Source of the DNA: a bacterium
GTDB taxonomy: Bacteria; Oederibacteriota; PGYV01
Direction: 5' to 3'
DNA length: 64,000 bases
Assembly (NCBI GenBank): GCA_029565735.1
Contig: JAKQNO010000070.1
Location: forward strand, 22,542-86,541
In this document: positions 9,667 to 19,297 of the stretch, piece by piece
Layout: the number at the start of each line of letters is the position of its first letter
Position numbering within the stretch: position 1 is the first letter of the stretch
The notes under the pieces: generated by a model
Told to the model about the DNA's origin: nothing
Databases searched by the model: none
Seen by the model: the letters and a program-made list of their open reading frames with translations, nothing else
Position numbers and translations under genes: made by a program

Positions 9667-9987
9667 TTGAAAGAAAATATATTAATGAAAAAAGAAATTG
9701 TAATTTCTTTGATACTTCCGGTAGTTTTTTGGGGCATATATTATTTGCTATATTTAATTGGTATAATGGCGAAGGAGCACGATTTAGAACTTCTTGATAA
9801 GATAGATTTTTGGGTTGTTCTAATATATTGGATATTTATGAGTGTTGCTATGCCGATAATGTATATTATTCAGATAAAAAGAATATTGAAATTATACAAC
9901 TGGACATGGAAATTACTGGTTGTATATATTTTATATATGCCAATAGTATTAGCTCCGTTATTTTTGAGTCTATTTATAAGAAATTAG
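9667..9987 (+). CDS. Small 3-4 TM membrane protein in an AT-rich patch, unknown function
   Basis: RBS TAGGAG precedes TTG 9667 (alternative ATG at 9685). Hydrophobic helices. Composition is clearly lower in GC than the flanks. Confidence 0.35.
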   Translation: MKENILMKKEIVISLILPVVFWGIYYLLYLIGIMAKEHDLELLDKIDFWVVLIYWIFMSVAMPIMYIIQIKRILKLYNWTWKLLVVYILYMPIVLAPLFLSLFIRN

Positions 9988-10168
9988 AATGTAACTACCG
10001 AGAGTTTTTTGTGTAATTACAATAAAGCGGTGCCGGGTCTTGAAAGTGGAAAGTAAAAGCGATAATCCCCTGTAAGGCAAAACTCCTTGTGCATAACCCT
10101 TTTTTATGATAAAAATGTATATTCCCGTATAAAACGGAGATTTTGACATATCAGGAGAGTATATATTT

Positions 10169-12952
10169 ATGGAAAAAAAAGACACTGCCATACACATGCC
10201 AAAGACGGATTTTCCGATGAAGGGAAACCTTAATCAGAGGGAGCCGGAGTTTTATAAGAAGTGGGAAGATGATAAGGTTTATGAAAAACTCCTTGAAAAG
10301 CGTAAAAAAGAAAACGCTCCTTCATACATTCTTCATGACGGACCGCCTTATGCCAACGGCAATATTCATATGGGGCATACTTTAAATAAAGTTTTAAAAG
10401 ATATTGTTGTCCGCTACCGCTCGTTTAAGGGTTATTACTCGCCTTACGTGCCGGGATGGGACTGCCACGGAATGCCCATTGAACACAAGGTCGCGGAGAA
10501 TCTGGGCAGCAGGGCCAAAACAATGACAAAGCCGGAAATACGCAGGCTGTGCCATGAATACGCGATGAAATATGTTAAATTGCAGGGCGACCAGTTTAAA
10601 AGGCTTGGAATAATGGGCGACTGGGAAAACCCGTACCTTACCCTTAACAAAGAATATGAAACCAAAATGGTTGATATTTTCTGGGAGATGTATAAAAACG
10701 GCCTTGTATACAGGGGCTTAAAACCCGTGTACTGGTGCTGCAGGTGCGAAACCGCGCTGGCAGAAGCAGAAGTGGAATACGCGGACCATAAATCAACATC
10801 CGTATTTGTAAGGTTCAAAATCAAGGACGATTCCAAATCAAAAGCCAAACCCGGCAAAGACGCGTATGTTGTTATCTGGACAACCACCCCGTGGACGCTT
10901 CCGGCAAACGTGGCAATAGCGCTTCACCCGGATTTTGATTACGCCGTATATGAAGCAGCAGGCGAAAAGTATATTCTGGCAAAGGGTTTAAAAACTCAGT
11001 TTGAGGAAAAGACAGGCATATCAGGGCTTAAGGAAATTTCCGTGTTTAAGGGCAGGGATTTAGAATATGCCGTGTGCAGCCACCCTTTTGTTGAAAGGGA
11101 TTCGCTTGTCATAAACGCGGATTACGTGACTTTGGAAACAGGCACAGGCTGCGTTCATATAGCGCCGGGCCACGGCCACGAAGACTACGTGGCGGGATTA
11201 AAATACAACCTTCAGATATTAAACCCAGTGGACGCAAGCGGGCATTATACAAATGAATTTGAATTGATGAAAGGCGAACACGTTTTTGCCGCCAACCTTA
11301 AAATAGTGGAACTGTTAAAAGAGAAAAAAGCGCTTTTAGCACAGGAAGAAATAACCCATTCATACGCGCACTGCTGGCGCTGCAAAAGCCCCATCATTTA
11401 CAGGGCGACCAACCAGTGGTTTATCTCCATGGAAAAAAATAATTTCCGCGCCAAAGCGTTAGACGAAGTCAAAAACGTAAAGTGGTTCAATGAATGGGGT
11501 GAAGACAGGATATCAAAGATGATATCAGGCAGGCCGGACTGGTGCATATCGCGTCAGCGTTCATGGGGCGTGCCTATTTTTGTATTTACCTGCAAAGACT
11601 GCGGCGAATCAATAGTTACAGAAAAAACTATCGCGAAGGTAAGGGCGCTTATTAAAGAAGAAGGCAGCGACGGCTGGTTTAAACATACGGCAAAGGAAAT
11701 CTTGGGCGAAGAGTGCAAATGCCCCAAGTGCGGCTCCGGTAACGTGGACAGGGGAAATGATATTTTTGACGTTTGGTTTGATTCAGGCGCTTCAAGTTTT
11801 TCCGTTCTTGAAACAAGGGATGATTTATCCTGGCCCGCTGATTTGTACCTTGAAGGTTCGGACCAGTACAGGGGATGGTTTCAGTCATCGCTTCTTGCCG
11901 CGGTTGGGTTCAGGGGCAAGGCTCCGTTTAAATCCGTAATCAGCCACGGCTGGATACTTGACGGCCAGGGCCGAGCCATGCACAAGTCGCTTGGCAACGT
12001 AATAAACCCGCTTGACCTTATTAAAAAAGGCGGCGCGGATGTTTTAAGGCTGTGGGTCGCGTCCGAAGATTTTACCGCGGACCAGTCCATATCAGAAGAA
12101 ATTATGTCAAGGGTGACGGACTCTTACAGGCGCATAAGAAACACCTTCCGCTATATGTTAAGCGCGGTGAACGACTTTAAAAAAGAAAACGCGGTGCCGT
12201 ATGAAAAATTATCCGCGTTTGACAAATACGCGCTTCACCGCATGCAGGTGCTGCTGGATTCGCTTGATAAATACTATGAAAGATTTGAATTCCACAGGGT
12301 CTACAGGGAATTTACAAATTTATGTTCCACCTTCCTTTCGTCATATTACTTTGATGTGTTAAAGGACAGGCTGTACACATTTAAAAGCAATGGCATTGAA
12401 CGCCGCGGCGCGCAGACCGTCATATACAAAATGCTTATCAACCTTACAAAGGCAATAGCGCCGGTGCTGGCGTTTACAGCCGATGAAGTCTGGCAGTTTA
12501 TACCGCAGGAATTAAAAAATGAAAACCATATTCAGCTTGAAAAATGGACAAATGAAAAAGAGCCGCTTTTAAGCGATGAAGAAGTGCAGGGCTGGGAGAT
12601 ATTCAATAAATTAAGGGACGCGGCGCTTAAGAAAATAGAGGACAAAAGGAAAGAAAAAATAATAAACCACCCTTACGAGGCTGTTATAAACATCAGCTAC
12701 GCTTCCGCGAAACTTGACAGGATTTTAAAGAAACTTTCAAAAGAAGAAGTGGAGCAGATGATAATAGTATCAGGCGTATCTTACAGCCCTGCCGGCAAAC
12801 TTGAAGATAAAGAGTGGGATTTTGGCCTTGAAATAACAGCCGGCAAATCAGACGCTGTAAAGTGCGAAAGGTGCTGGAGATACACGGACACCACGGGCAG
12901 CAATCCGGAATATCCGGGGCTTTGTTCAAGGTGCGTGGAAAATCTGGGTTAA
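10169..12952 (+). CDS. ileS: Isoleucine--tRNA ligase (type 1)
   Basis: HIGH-type motif PYANGNIHMGH, KMSKS-type motif AMHKSLGN, CP1 editing domain. C-terminal zinc motif CERCWRY...CSRC. Confidence 0.97.
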   Translation: MEKKDTAIHMPKTDFPMKGNLNQREPEFYKKWEDDKVYEKLLEKRKKENAPSYILHDGPPYANGNIHMGHTLNKVLKDIVVRYRSFKGYYSPYVPGWDCHGMPIEHKVAENLGSRAKTMTKPEIRRLCHEYAMKYVKLQGDQFKRLGIMGDWENPYLTLNKEYETKMVDIFWEMYKNGLVYRGLKPVYWCCRCETALAEAEVEYADHKSTSVFVRFKIKDDSKSKAKPGKDAYVVIWTTTPWTLPANVAIALHPDFDYAVYEAAGEKYILAKGLKTQFEEKTGISGLKEISVFKGRDLEYAVCSHPFVERDSLVINADYVTLETGTGCVHIAPGHGHEDYVAGLKYNLQILNPVDASGHYTNEFELMKGEHVFAANLKIVELLKEKKALLAQEEITHSYAHCWRCKSPIIYRATNQWFISMEKNNFRAKALDEVKNVKWFNEWGEDRISKMISGRPDWCISRQRSWGVPIFVFTCKDCGESIVTEKTIAKVRALIKEEGSDGWFKHTAKEILGEECKCPKCGSGNVDRGNDIFDVWFDSGASSFSVLETRDDLSWPADLYLEGSDQYRGWFQSSLLAAVGFRGKAPFKSVISHGWILDGQGRAMHKSLGNVINPLDLIKKGGADVLRLWVASEDFTADQSISEEIMSRVTDSYRRIRNTFRYMLSAVNDFKKENAVPYEKLSAFDKYALHRMQVLLDSLDKYYERFEFHRVYREFTNLCSTFLSSYYFDVLKDRLYTFKSNGIERRGAQTVIYKMLINLTKAIAPVLAFTADEVWQFIPQELKNENHIQLEKWTNEKEPLLSDEEVQGWEIFNKLRDAALKKIEDKRKEKIINHPYEAVINISYASAKLDRILKKLSKEEVEQMIIVSGVSYSPAGKLEDKEWDFGLEITAGKSDAVKCERCWRYTDTTGSNPEYPGLCSRCVENLG

Positions 12953-12963
12953 CCGGAGGCGGC

Positions 12964-13320
12964 ATGAAAAAAGAAGACAGCCCCGTGAAAAAGAAAAAAA
13001 CCGGCAATAAAGAAAAGGTGCTTGCCTATGATATGAACCTTATGCAGAAGGTCGCGGCAATACTTGAAGCCGGAAACATAGAAGAGTTTATAGACGTGAA
13101 AAAAAGGCCGTTCAGGCTGATATTTTTAAATTTTATTATAGGTTTATCCAGGGGCGTCGGATTCCTGCTTGGCGCGACCGTGGTGGGTGCGATAGTGCTT
13201 GCCATTTTAAAGAGCGTTTTTGTAAAACTGGGAGGCATGCCGTGGTTTGGATCCCAGATAGCCGACATTCTGCTTTATGTCAAGGAAGTGACAGAGCAGG
13301 CGCAGCAGGCAGGAAGGTAA
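12964..13320 (+). CDS. Small membrane protein (DUF5665-like)
   Basis: RBS GGAGG precedes ATG 12964; the ORF-track start 12862 lies inside ileS. Lys-rich N-terminus. Hydrophobic 'LIFLNFIIGLSRGVGFLLGATVVGAIVLAIL'. Confidence 0.45.
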   Translation: MKKEDSPVKKKKTGNKEKVLAYDMNLMQKVAAILEAGNIEEFIDVKKRPFRLIFLNFIIGLSRGVGFLLGATVVGAIVLAILKSVFVKLGGMPWFGSQIADILLYVKEVTEQAQQAGR

Positions 13321-13323
13321 CAA

Positions 13324-14250
13324 ATGGAAGAAAGGCTTAAACAGACAAAAAGAGGCATAAATTCCATAAGGGCGCTGTTGTCCCTTGTAATTTTGCTTTT
13401 GGGAATTTACAACGCGGGCGCCATAATTGAATCCGCGGGGTTTATTTTTTTCTATATTGCAATTGTAATAATATCCAATGTATTTTTTATAATGCTGCCG
13501 GAAAAAATGTACGAAGGCATGAAATTGCATTACATTATTTTCATACTTGATATAATACTTGTATGTTTCGGCGCGTACTGGCTGGGCGGCGTTTCTTTTA
13601 AGATGCTTATGGTAATATTTCTTGCGGTTTTTATGGCTGCCTTAAGCCAGTCCGTCGGGATGAGCCTGGTAATTGCGGCTGTTACAACGGCTGTTTATGT
13701 GATAATAAGTTCAACGGGCAGGGAAACCGGTTTTGCCGGACTGTTTCAGGAAAAAGAGATTCTTAATATCCCGTTTATTTTTGTGGTGTCGCTTCACGCA
13801 AGTTTTATTGCGGAGAAAGCAAATCAGGAGCTGGAAGAAAAGAAAAAGGTCAGGCAGGCTTACGGCGAGCTTGCGGAACAGTTTGAAGGTTTCCGCGGCG
13901 ACATTCACACCTTAAATGAATTTCATTCAAGGGTGTATGATTCTTTAAAACAGGCCGTCATAGTCACGGATGCCTCCGGCGCTGTAAAGGTTTTTAATTC
14001 GCGGGCTGAAGAGATTTTCGGCATAAGAAGGGGCAAGGCGGTTAATTTAAACGTTAACCATCAGGAAGGATTAAGCGGGCCCGCAAAACTTTTAAATGAA
14101 CTGATGCTTAAAAAACAGCCTTCTGATAATAAGGAAATATCGGTTATTGAATCCGGAACCGTTAAAAAATTGCGCGCGAATACAGGAAAAGTAAAAGACA
14201 GGGACGGAAATATTATTGGATACATATTTTCCGCAGAACAGTTTTTTTAA
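13324..14250 (+). CDS. Polytopic membrane protein with a C-terminal PAS-like domain and no output domain
   Basis: About 5 N-terminal TM helices, a coiled linker, then a PAS-like 'LKQAVIVTDASGAVKVFNSRAEEIFG...DRDGNIIGYIF'. Confidence 0.5.
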   Translation: MEERLKQTKRGINSIRALLSLVILLLGIYNAGAIIESAGFIFFYIAIVIISNVFFIMLPEKMYEGMKLHYIIFILDIILVCFGAYWLGGVSFKMLMVIFLAVFMAALSQSVGMSLVIAAVTTAVYVIISSTGRETGFAGLFQEKEILNIPFIFVVSLHASFIAEKANQELEEKKKVRQAYGELAEQFEGFRGDIHTLNEFHSRVYDSLKQAVIVTDASGAVKVFNSRAEEIFGIRRGKAVNLNVNHQEGLSGPAKLLNELMLKKQPSDNKEISVIESGTVKKLRANTGKVKDRDGNIIGYIFSAEQFF

Positions 14251-14260
14251 AGGAGAAAAA

Positions 14261-14749
14261 ATGAAAACGCTTATAATCACAATTTTAACAGTGCTGGGAA
14301 TTGACCAGCTGGTCAAATTTATTATTAAATCCACGATGACCCTTTATCAGTCTATACCGGCCATCAAGGGGTTTTTGAACATAACATATATTGAAAACAG
14401 CGGCGTATCTTACGGCATGCTTGGAAATATTAACCACCCCGCGAAAAGATGGATACTGCTTGCAATAGTGGCGCTTGCAATCGCCGCGATTCTGACCTAC
14501 TGGTACAAATACAGAAGCCCGAAATTTTTATACAACTTCAGCTGCGGGCTTATAATCGGCGGCGCGCTTGGGAATTTTGTTGACCGGCTGCTGTTCGGAA
14601 AAATAACTGACTTCATAGAGGTTTATCATAAATCGTGGCACTTCGCGGTATTCAACGTGGCGGACAGCGCGATAAGCGTGGGTGTTTTCTTTTTCATTAT
14701 TTTTATGCTGATATATGGGGAGGATAAAAATGCACCCCGTAATAGCTGA
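14261..14749 (+). CDS. lspA: Lipoprotein signal peptidase (signal peptidase II)
   Basis: RBS AAGGAG precedes ATG 14261. Motifs NSGVSYG, GGALGNFVDR and FNVADSAISVG. Confidence 0.9.
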   Translation: MKTLIITILTVLGIDQLVKFIIKSTMTLYQSIPAIKGFLNITYIENSGVSYGMLGNINHPAKRWILLAIVALAIAAILTYWYKYRSPKFLYNFSCGLIIGGALGNFVDRLLFGKITDFIEVYHKSWHFAVFNVADSAISVGVFFFIIFMLIYGEDKNAPRNS

Positions 14750-15494
14750 TTTTGGTTTTTTTCAGCTGCGTTCATACGGCCTTTCAACGGCAATAGGCTT
14801 TCTTGCCGGTATTCTGCTTGCCGGAATGCTTGCGAAAAAAGAAGGTTTTAAAGGCGAACCCATAACAGACCTGGGCCTTGTTTCCATAATAGGCGCGGTA
14901 ATAGGGGCAAGGATTTTATACGTGGGGATATGGTGGGATGAAGTGTACGCGAAAAACATAGCGGATGTTTTTAAAGTCTGGGAAGGCGGGCTGGTATTTT
15001 ACGGCGGCCTTATAGGCGCGATTGCCGCGGATATAATCTGGCTGAAGCTGAAAAAACTTCCCATATTAAGAATAGGCGATATCTGCATGCCTTTTGTCGC
15101 GCTTGGCCACGCCATAGGAAGGATAGGGTGTTATTTTAACGGGTGCTGCTACGGCGCGGTTGACGAAAAGTGCGGCGTTGTTTTTCCGGAAATAGGCGAT
15201 AACCTGCCCCATCTTCCGGTTCAGCTTTACGAATCAGCGCTGAATTTTTTAAATTTTCTTTTCCTTCTGATTTTTTACCGCTCGGTCAAAAAAATAAAAG
15301 GGCTGATTTTCTTTTTATATTTTATGAATTACGGCATAATACGTTTAATAATGGAAACCTTCAGGGGAGACGCGGAACGCGGGCAGATTATGAATTTGTC
15401 AACCTCCACTTTCATAAGCATTTTTATGATTGCGGCGGGTGCGGCCGGCGCCGTGTTTGTGTTTGTTAAATGGAAAAAAAATCAGTCAAAGTAA
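14730..15494 (+). CDS. lgt: Prolipoprotein diacylglyceryl transferase
   Basis: RBS GGGAGG precedes ATG 14730; overlaps the lspA end. Motifs GRIGCYFNGCCYG, PVQLYES and RGD. Confidence 0.9.
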   Translation: MHPVIADFGFFQLRSYGLSTAIGFLAGILLAGMLAKKEGFKGEPITDLGLVSIIGAVIGARILYVGIWWDEVYAKNIADVFKVWEGGLVFYGGLIGAIAADIIWLKLKKLPILRIGDICMPFVALGHAIGRIGCYFNGCCYGAVDEKCGVVFPEIGDNLPHLPVQLYESALNFLNFLFLLIFYRSVKKIKGLIFFLYFMNYGIIRLIMETFRGDAERGQIMNLSTSTFISIFMIAAGAAGAVFVFVKWKKNQSK

Positions 15495-16432
15495 ATTCAG
15501 ATGACAGGCCAAGGACGGATGTTTTTCTAAGGGAAACAACCGGCCTTTCAAGGTCTGTAATAAAGCATATGATGGAAAACGGCTATGTGCTTTTGAACAA
15601 AAAGATAACAGACTCCCCCGGATATAAACTTAAAAAAGGCGACATCATAGAATACACCGAAGCGCTTCCAAAAAAATTTGAACTTCTGCAGCAGGACATA
15701 CCGCTGGATATTGTCTATCAGGATGATGAAATGATGGTGATAAACAAGCAGGCCGGCCTTGTGGTGCATCCGGCGCCGGGGCACAGCGAAGGCACGCTGG
15801 TAAACGCGCTTGTGGGAAGGCATATCAATGAAGAGGATTATGAAGGCGAAGGAAGCAGGATAGGGATCGTGCACAGGCTGGACAAGGACACTTCCGGCCT
15901 TATGGTGGTTGCAAAAAACGGGGAAGCCCATCACAAACTTGCCGCGCTTTTCAAGAAAAAAGAGATTACAAAGATTTACAGGTGCATTGTCCACGGAAGG
16001 GTGGAACAGGCCGGCCATATAAACACGCATATAGCACGGGACGCGGGCAACAGGCTGAAATACGCGGCAAAGTATTCGGGCGGCAAAGAGGCGTATACGA
16101 TTTTTGAACCTGAAGAGATATTTTCAAACGCGACGCTGCTTAGGGTTAAAATACTTACGGGCAGGACGCATCAGATACGCGTGCACATGAATTACATAAA
16201 AAACGAGGTTGTGGGAGATCCGGTTTACGGAAACAGGTCAAAGGACAATGACCTTGCGCGGTGCCTTGGCTACGACATAAAAAGCGCCGAAGATATTTTT
16301 CCAAGGCAGATGCTGCACGCCAGCGTGCTGGAATTTGAAAGCCCGTTTTCGGGAAAAAAAATGTCTTTTAATTCCGCGCTGCCTGACGACATGAACAGGG
16401 TCCTTGGGCTTTTAAGGGCAAGGGCAAGATAA
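15470..16432 (+). CDS. rluD: 23S rRNA pseudouridine synthase, RluA/RluD family
   Basis: N-terminal S4 domain. Catalytic HRLDKDTSGLMVVAK. TGRTHQIRVH motif. Confidence 0.85.
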   Translation: MEKKSVKVNSDDRPRTDVFLRETTGLSRSVIKHMMENGYVLLNKKITDSPGYKLKKGDIIEYTEALPKKFELLQQDIPLDIVYQDDEMMVINKQAGLVVHPAPGHSEGTLVNALVGRHINEEDYEGEGSRIGIVHRLDKDTSGLMVVAKNGEAHHKLAALFKKKEITKIYRCIVHGRVEQAGHINTHIARDAGNRLKYAAKYSGGKEAYTIFEPEEIFSNATLLRVKILTGRTHQIRVHMNYIKNEVVGDPVYGNRSKDNDLARCLGYDIKSAEDIFPRQMLHASVLEFESPFSGKKMSFNSALPDDMNRVLGLLRARAR

Positions 16433-16455
16433 AGCCGGCAAAAAGGGAGGGGAAA

Positions 16456-16986
16456 ATGATTTCAAAAAAACTTCAGCATATTGTCATAGAACTTGTCCAC
16501 GGTGACATTACAGGCGTGTCCGCGGATATTATTGTAAACGCCGCGAATAATGAGTTATGGATGGGTTCGGGAGTGGCCGGCGCCATTAAAATAAAAGGCG
16601 GCCGCGAAATAGAAACAGAAGCCATGTCCAAAGGGCCGGTGGAGCCGGGACAGGCCGTGGAAACCGGGGCGGGTAAACTTCCATACAGGCACGTTATCCA
16701 TGCTGCTGTAATGGGAAGGGATACTTCTCCTGACAGCGTTATCATAGAAGAAGCGGTTTCAAATTCCCTTAAGCTTGCGGAAAAACTGCAGTGCTCCTCC
16801 ATTGTGTTCCCGGCGCTTGGGACCGGAGTCGGAGGATTCTCCCTGGAAAAATGCGCGGAAATTATGACAGAAGAAGTAAAGGCCTTTGACCGCGCTGCGC
16901 CTTTACACGTAAAAAAAGTCATATTCGCGCTGTTTTCACAGAAAGCCTTTGATGTTTTTGAGGCGATGTACAGAAAGATATCTTAA
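16456..16986 (+). CDS. Macro-domain protein (ADP-ribose / O-acetyl-ADP-ribose binding or hydrolysing)
   Basis: IVNAANNELWMGSGVAGAI and IVFPALGTGVGGF motifs. Confidence 0.85.
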   Translation: MISKKLQHIVIELVHGDITGVSADIIVNAANNELWMGSGVAGAIKIKGGREIETEAMSKGPVEPGQAVETGAGKLPYRHVIHAAVMGRDTSPDSVIIEEAVSNSLKLAEKLQCSSIVFPALGTGVGGFSLEKCAEIMTEEVKAFDRAAPLHVKKVIFALFSQKAFDVFEAMYRKIS

Positions 16987-17090
16987 TAACCTGCCTTCTC
17001 TTGATTTTAAATATTTTTGCGGCTATACTTTATCTGTGGTATTCAACAACAAGCATCAGATATAAGGGGCTGTAAGGGGAGGTATGTGTT

Positions 17091-17312
17091 ATGGGTACAG
17101 TACACGTGGACTGCAGCGGTTTAAAATATCCGCTGCCTGTTTTAAGAATTGCCATCTATGTCCCTGATATGAAACCCGGGGATATAATGGAAGTAAACGC
17201 GGACTGCGACAATTTTGACAAGGATTTAAAGGAATGGTGCGGCCACACGGGAAAAAAGCTTATATCCTGCAAAAATGAGGCCGGCGAATACAAAGCGCAG
17301 ATACAGTTTTAA
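17091..17312 (+). CDS. TusA/SirA-like small protein lacking the canonical Cys
   Basis: 73 aa with the TusA signature, but reading DCSGLKYPLPVL (Tyr where the CPxP Cys is expected). Confidence 0.65.
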   Translation: MGTVHVDCSGLKYPLPVLRIAIYVPDMKPGDIMEVNADCDNFDKDLKEWCGHTGKKLISCKNEAGEYKAQIQF

Positions 17313-17391
17313 AGCAGAAGCGTTTTTGTTCCGCATTGTAAAACAAAATGCTTAAAATCCCATTCCTGCCGGGGTTCAGGCAAATACCGGC

Positions 17392-17420
17392 TTGATTATG
17401 TAATTGGTTTCTGTTATAAT
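17392..17420 (+). promoter_or_regulatory. Sigma70-type promoter of the rimP-nusA-infB operon
   Basis: TTGATT (17392-17397), a 17-nt spacer, then TATAAT (17415-17420). Confidence 0.5.
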
Positions 17421-17456
17421 TAAAATGAAGTTAAAGCCTGCACAAGTGCTTAACAC

Positions 17457-17492
17457 AAGTGGGGAAGTTTCTTGCCCCACTTTTATATTTTT
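17457..17492 (+). terminator. Leader hairpin plus U-tract (candidate attenuator) upstream of rimP
   Basis: AAGTGGGGAAG-TTT-CTTGCCCCACTT followed by TTTTATATTTTT. Lies about 35 nt downstream of the promoter and 15 nt before the rimP ATG. Confidence 0.5.
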
Positions 17493-17506
17493 ATAGAGGT
17501 AATTAA

Positions 17507-17974
17507 ATGGAAGAAAAAGTATCTTTAAGGGACCTGATAGAAAAAGAGATAGAGCCGCTTGTAAAGGACAATTTCATGGAACTTGTGGATATTGACGTTT
17601 CCACGGGCCAGAGAAAACTTTACATCCGAATAAAGATGGACAAGATAACCGGAGGTATTAATCTGGACGAATGCGCCAGGATGAGCAGGCTGATTGACGA
17701 CCTGCTTGTTGAAAAAAACACGGTGCATTCGGATTATAACCTTGAAATAAGCTCGCCGGGGCTGGACAGGCCGCTGAAAAAACCGGCTGATTATAAAAAG
17801 TTTGAAGGCAAACTTGCAAAGCTTACGGTATTTGAAGCCATAGAAAACGAAAACTGCCAGATAGGGCATATAAAGGAAAGCGACGAAGAAAGCGTTGTGC
17901 TGGCTACGAAAAAAGGCGAAAGAAAAATACCTTTTTCAAATATAAAAAAGGCAAATTTAGAAATTGATTTTTAA
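17507..17974 (+). CDS. rimP: Ribosome maturation factor RimP
   Basis: EISSPGLDRPLKK motif. Sits immediately upstream of nusA. Confidence 0.9.
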   Translation: MEEKVSLRDLIEKEIEPLVKDNFMELVDIDVSTGQRKLYIRIKMDKITGGINLDECARMSRLIDDLLVEKNTVHSDYNLEISSPGLDRPLKKPADYKKFEGKLAKLTVFEAIENENCQIGHIKESDEESVVLATKKGERKIPFSNIKKANLEIDF

Positions 17975-18025
17975 GGACAGAAGCGCCCTTATGGGCGTAC
18001 ACAGAAGAAAGCGGGGTAATAAAAA

Positions 18026-19297
18026 ATGGGAAACGAAATTTTACAGATGCTTCAGCAGGTTGAAAAGCTGAAAAATATAGATGAAAAGGAACTGATTGAT
18101 GCTTTTGAACGCGGCATCACGTCTGCCGCGAAAAAAGTATACGGCGTCAAGCCTGAAATCAGGGTGGAATTCGGCGAAGAACTGAAGTTCTTCTGGAAAA
18201 AGACCGTTGTGGAAAAAGCGTCAAATGATTTCACCGAAATAAGCTTAAGCGCAGCCAAAGAATTAAAAAATGACGCAGTGCTTGGCGACATCATAGAGGT
18301 CCTTTTTTATCCCAAGGAATTCGGAAGGATTGCCGCACAGACCACCAAACAGGTGATAACGCAGAAAATACGCGAAGTGGAAAAAGAACAGATATTTCTG
18401 GAAACAAAAAATAAAGAAGGCGAAATTGTGACCGGAACCGTACATACAATTGAACGCGGCGACGTGATTGTGGACCTTGGCGCCGTTGAAGGCGTTTTAA
18501 AAGTACGCGAGCAGGTTGCCCATGAAAAATACAGGATAGGCGACAGGATAAGGGCGCTTGCGCTTAAAGTCACGCGCGGCAAGGAAGGCGCGATTATGGA
18601 ACTTTCCAGGACGCATCCGAATTTTATCAAAAGGGTTTTCGCGCAGGAAGTCACAGAAGTTGACCAGGGCACCGTTGAAATTAAATACATTGCCAGGGAA
18701 CCCGGCGTTAAGACAAAGGTTGTGGTCGCGACAAACGATTCCCACATTGACCCTGTAGGCGCGTGCATAGGCGTGAAAGGCAGCAGGATTCAGACCATCA
18801 TAAGGGAGCTTCACGGTGAAAAGGTTGACGTGGTCCTGTATGACGAAGACATAAAGAAATATCTGCAGAGCGCGATAGCGCCCATAGAGATAAAAGACAT
18901 CTATATTGACCAGGAAAACCACTATACAATAATAGCGGTGCCTGACGAGCAGTTTTCGCAGGTAATAGGAAAAAACGGCATCAACATGAGGCTTGTGGCC
19001 AAGATAACAAAATGGAAAGTGTCGGTCCTGCGTTTAAGCGAGTTTACGAAAGAAAAGATTGAAGAGATGAAGGGCAATTTTAAAGACCAGGTGGCGTATG
19101 ACCTTTTTAAACTTGGAGATGACATCCCGGTAAAACTTTTAAAAGAGCTTAAGAAAACAGGGATAAAAAACCTGAAAGATTTTGTTCATGCCGGTACTCC
19201 GGATATTATAAATGTCCTTGGCTGTGATGAAGAGGCTGCTGAAAAGCTTAAAGAAAAAGCCCAGGCACTAATTGAAAAGGAAGAACAGGGTGAATAA
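18026..19297 (+). CDS. nusA: Transcription termination/antitermination factor NusA
   Basis: N-terminal domain, S1 domain (GEIVTGTVHTIERGDVIVDLG) and KH domains (PVGACIGVKGSRIQ, IGKNGINMRL). Confidence 0.95.
   Translation: MGNEILQMLQQVEKLKNIDEKELIDAFERGITSAAKKVYGVKPEIRVEFGEELKFFWKKTVVEKASNDFTEISLSAAKELKNDAVLGDIIEVLFYPKEFGRIAAQTTKQVITQKIREVEKEQIFLETKNKEGEIVTGTVHTIERGDVIVDLGAVEGVLKVREQVAHEKYRIGDRIRALALKVTRGKEGAIMELSRTHPNFIKRVFAQEVTEVDQGTVEIKYIAREPGVKTKVVVATNDSHIDPVGACIGVKGSRIQTIIRELHGEKVDVVLYDEDIKKYLQSAIAPIEIKDIYIDQENHYTIIAVPDEQFSQVIGKNGINMRLVAKITKWKVSVLRLSEFTKEKIEEMKGNFKDQVAYDLFKLGDDIPVKLLKELKKTGIKNLKDFVHAGTPDIINVLGCDEEAAEKLKEKAQALIEKEEQGE

Noticed and set aside
10000-10168. T-box or other leader riboswitch upstream of ileS (and likewise upstream of trpS, pheA, purM, ribF)
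   Set aside because: I could not find the conserved T-box sequence (…GGUGGUACCGCG-like), specifier-loop architecture or a terminator/antiterminator pair. trpS, pheA, purM and ribF have almost no upstream spacer.
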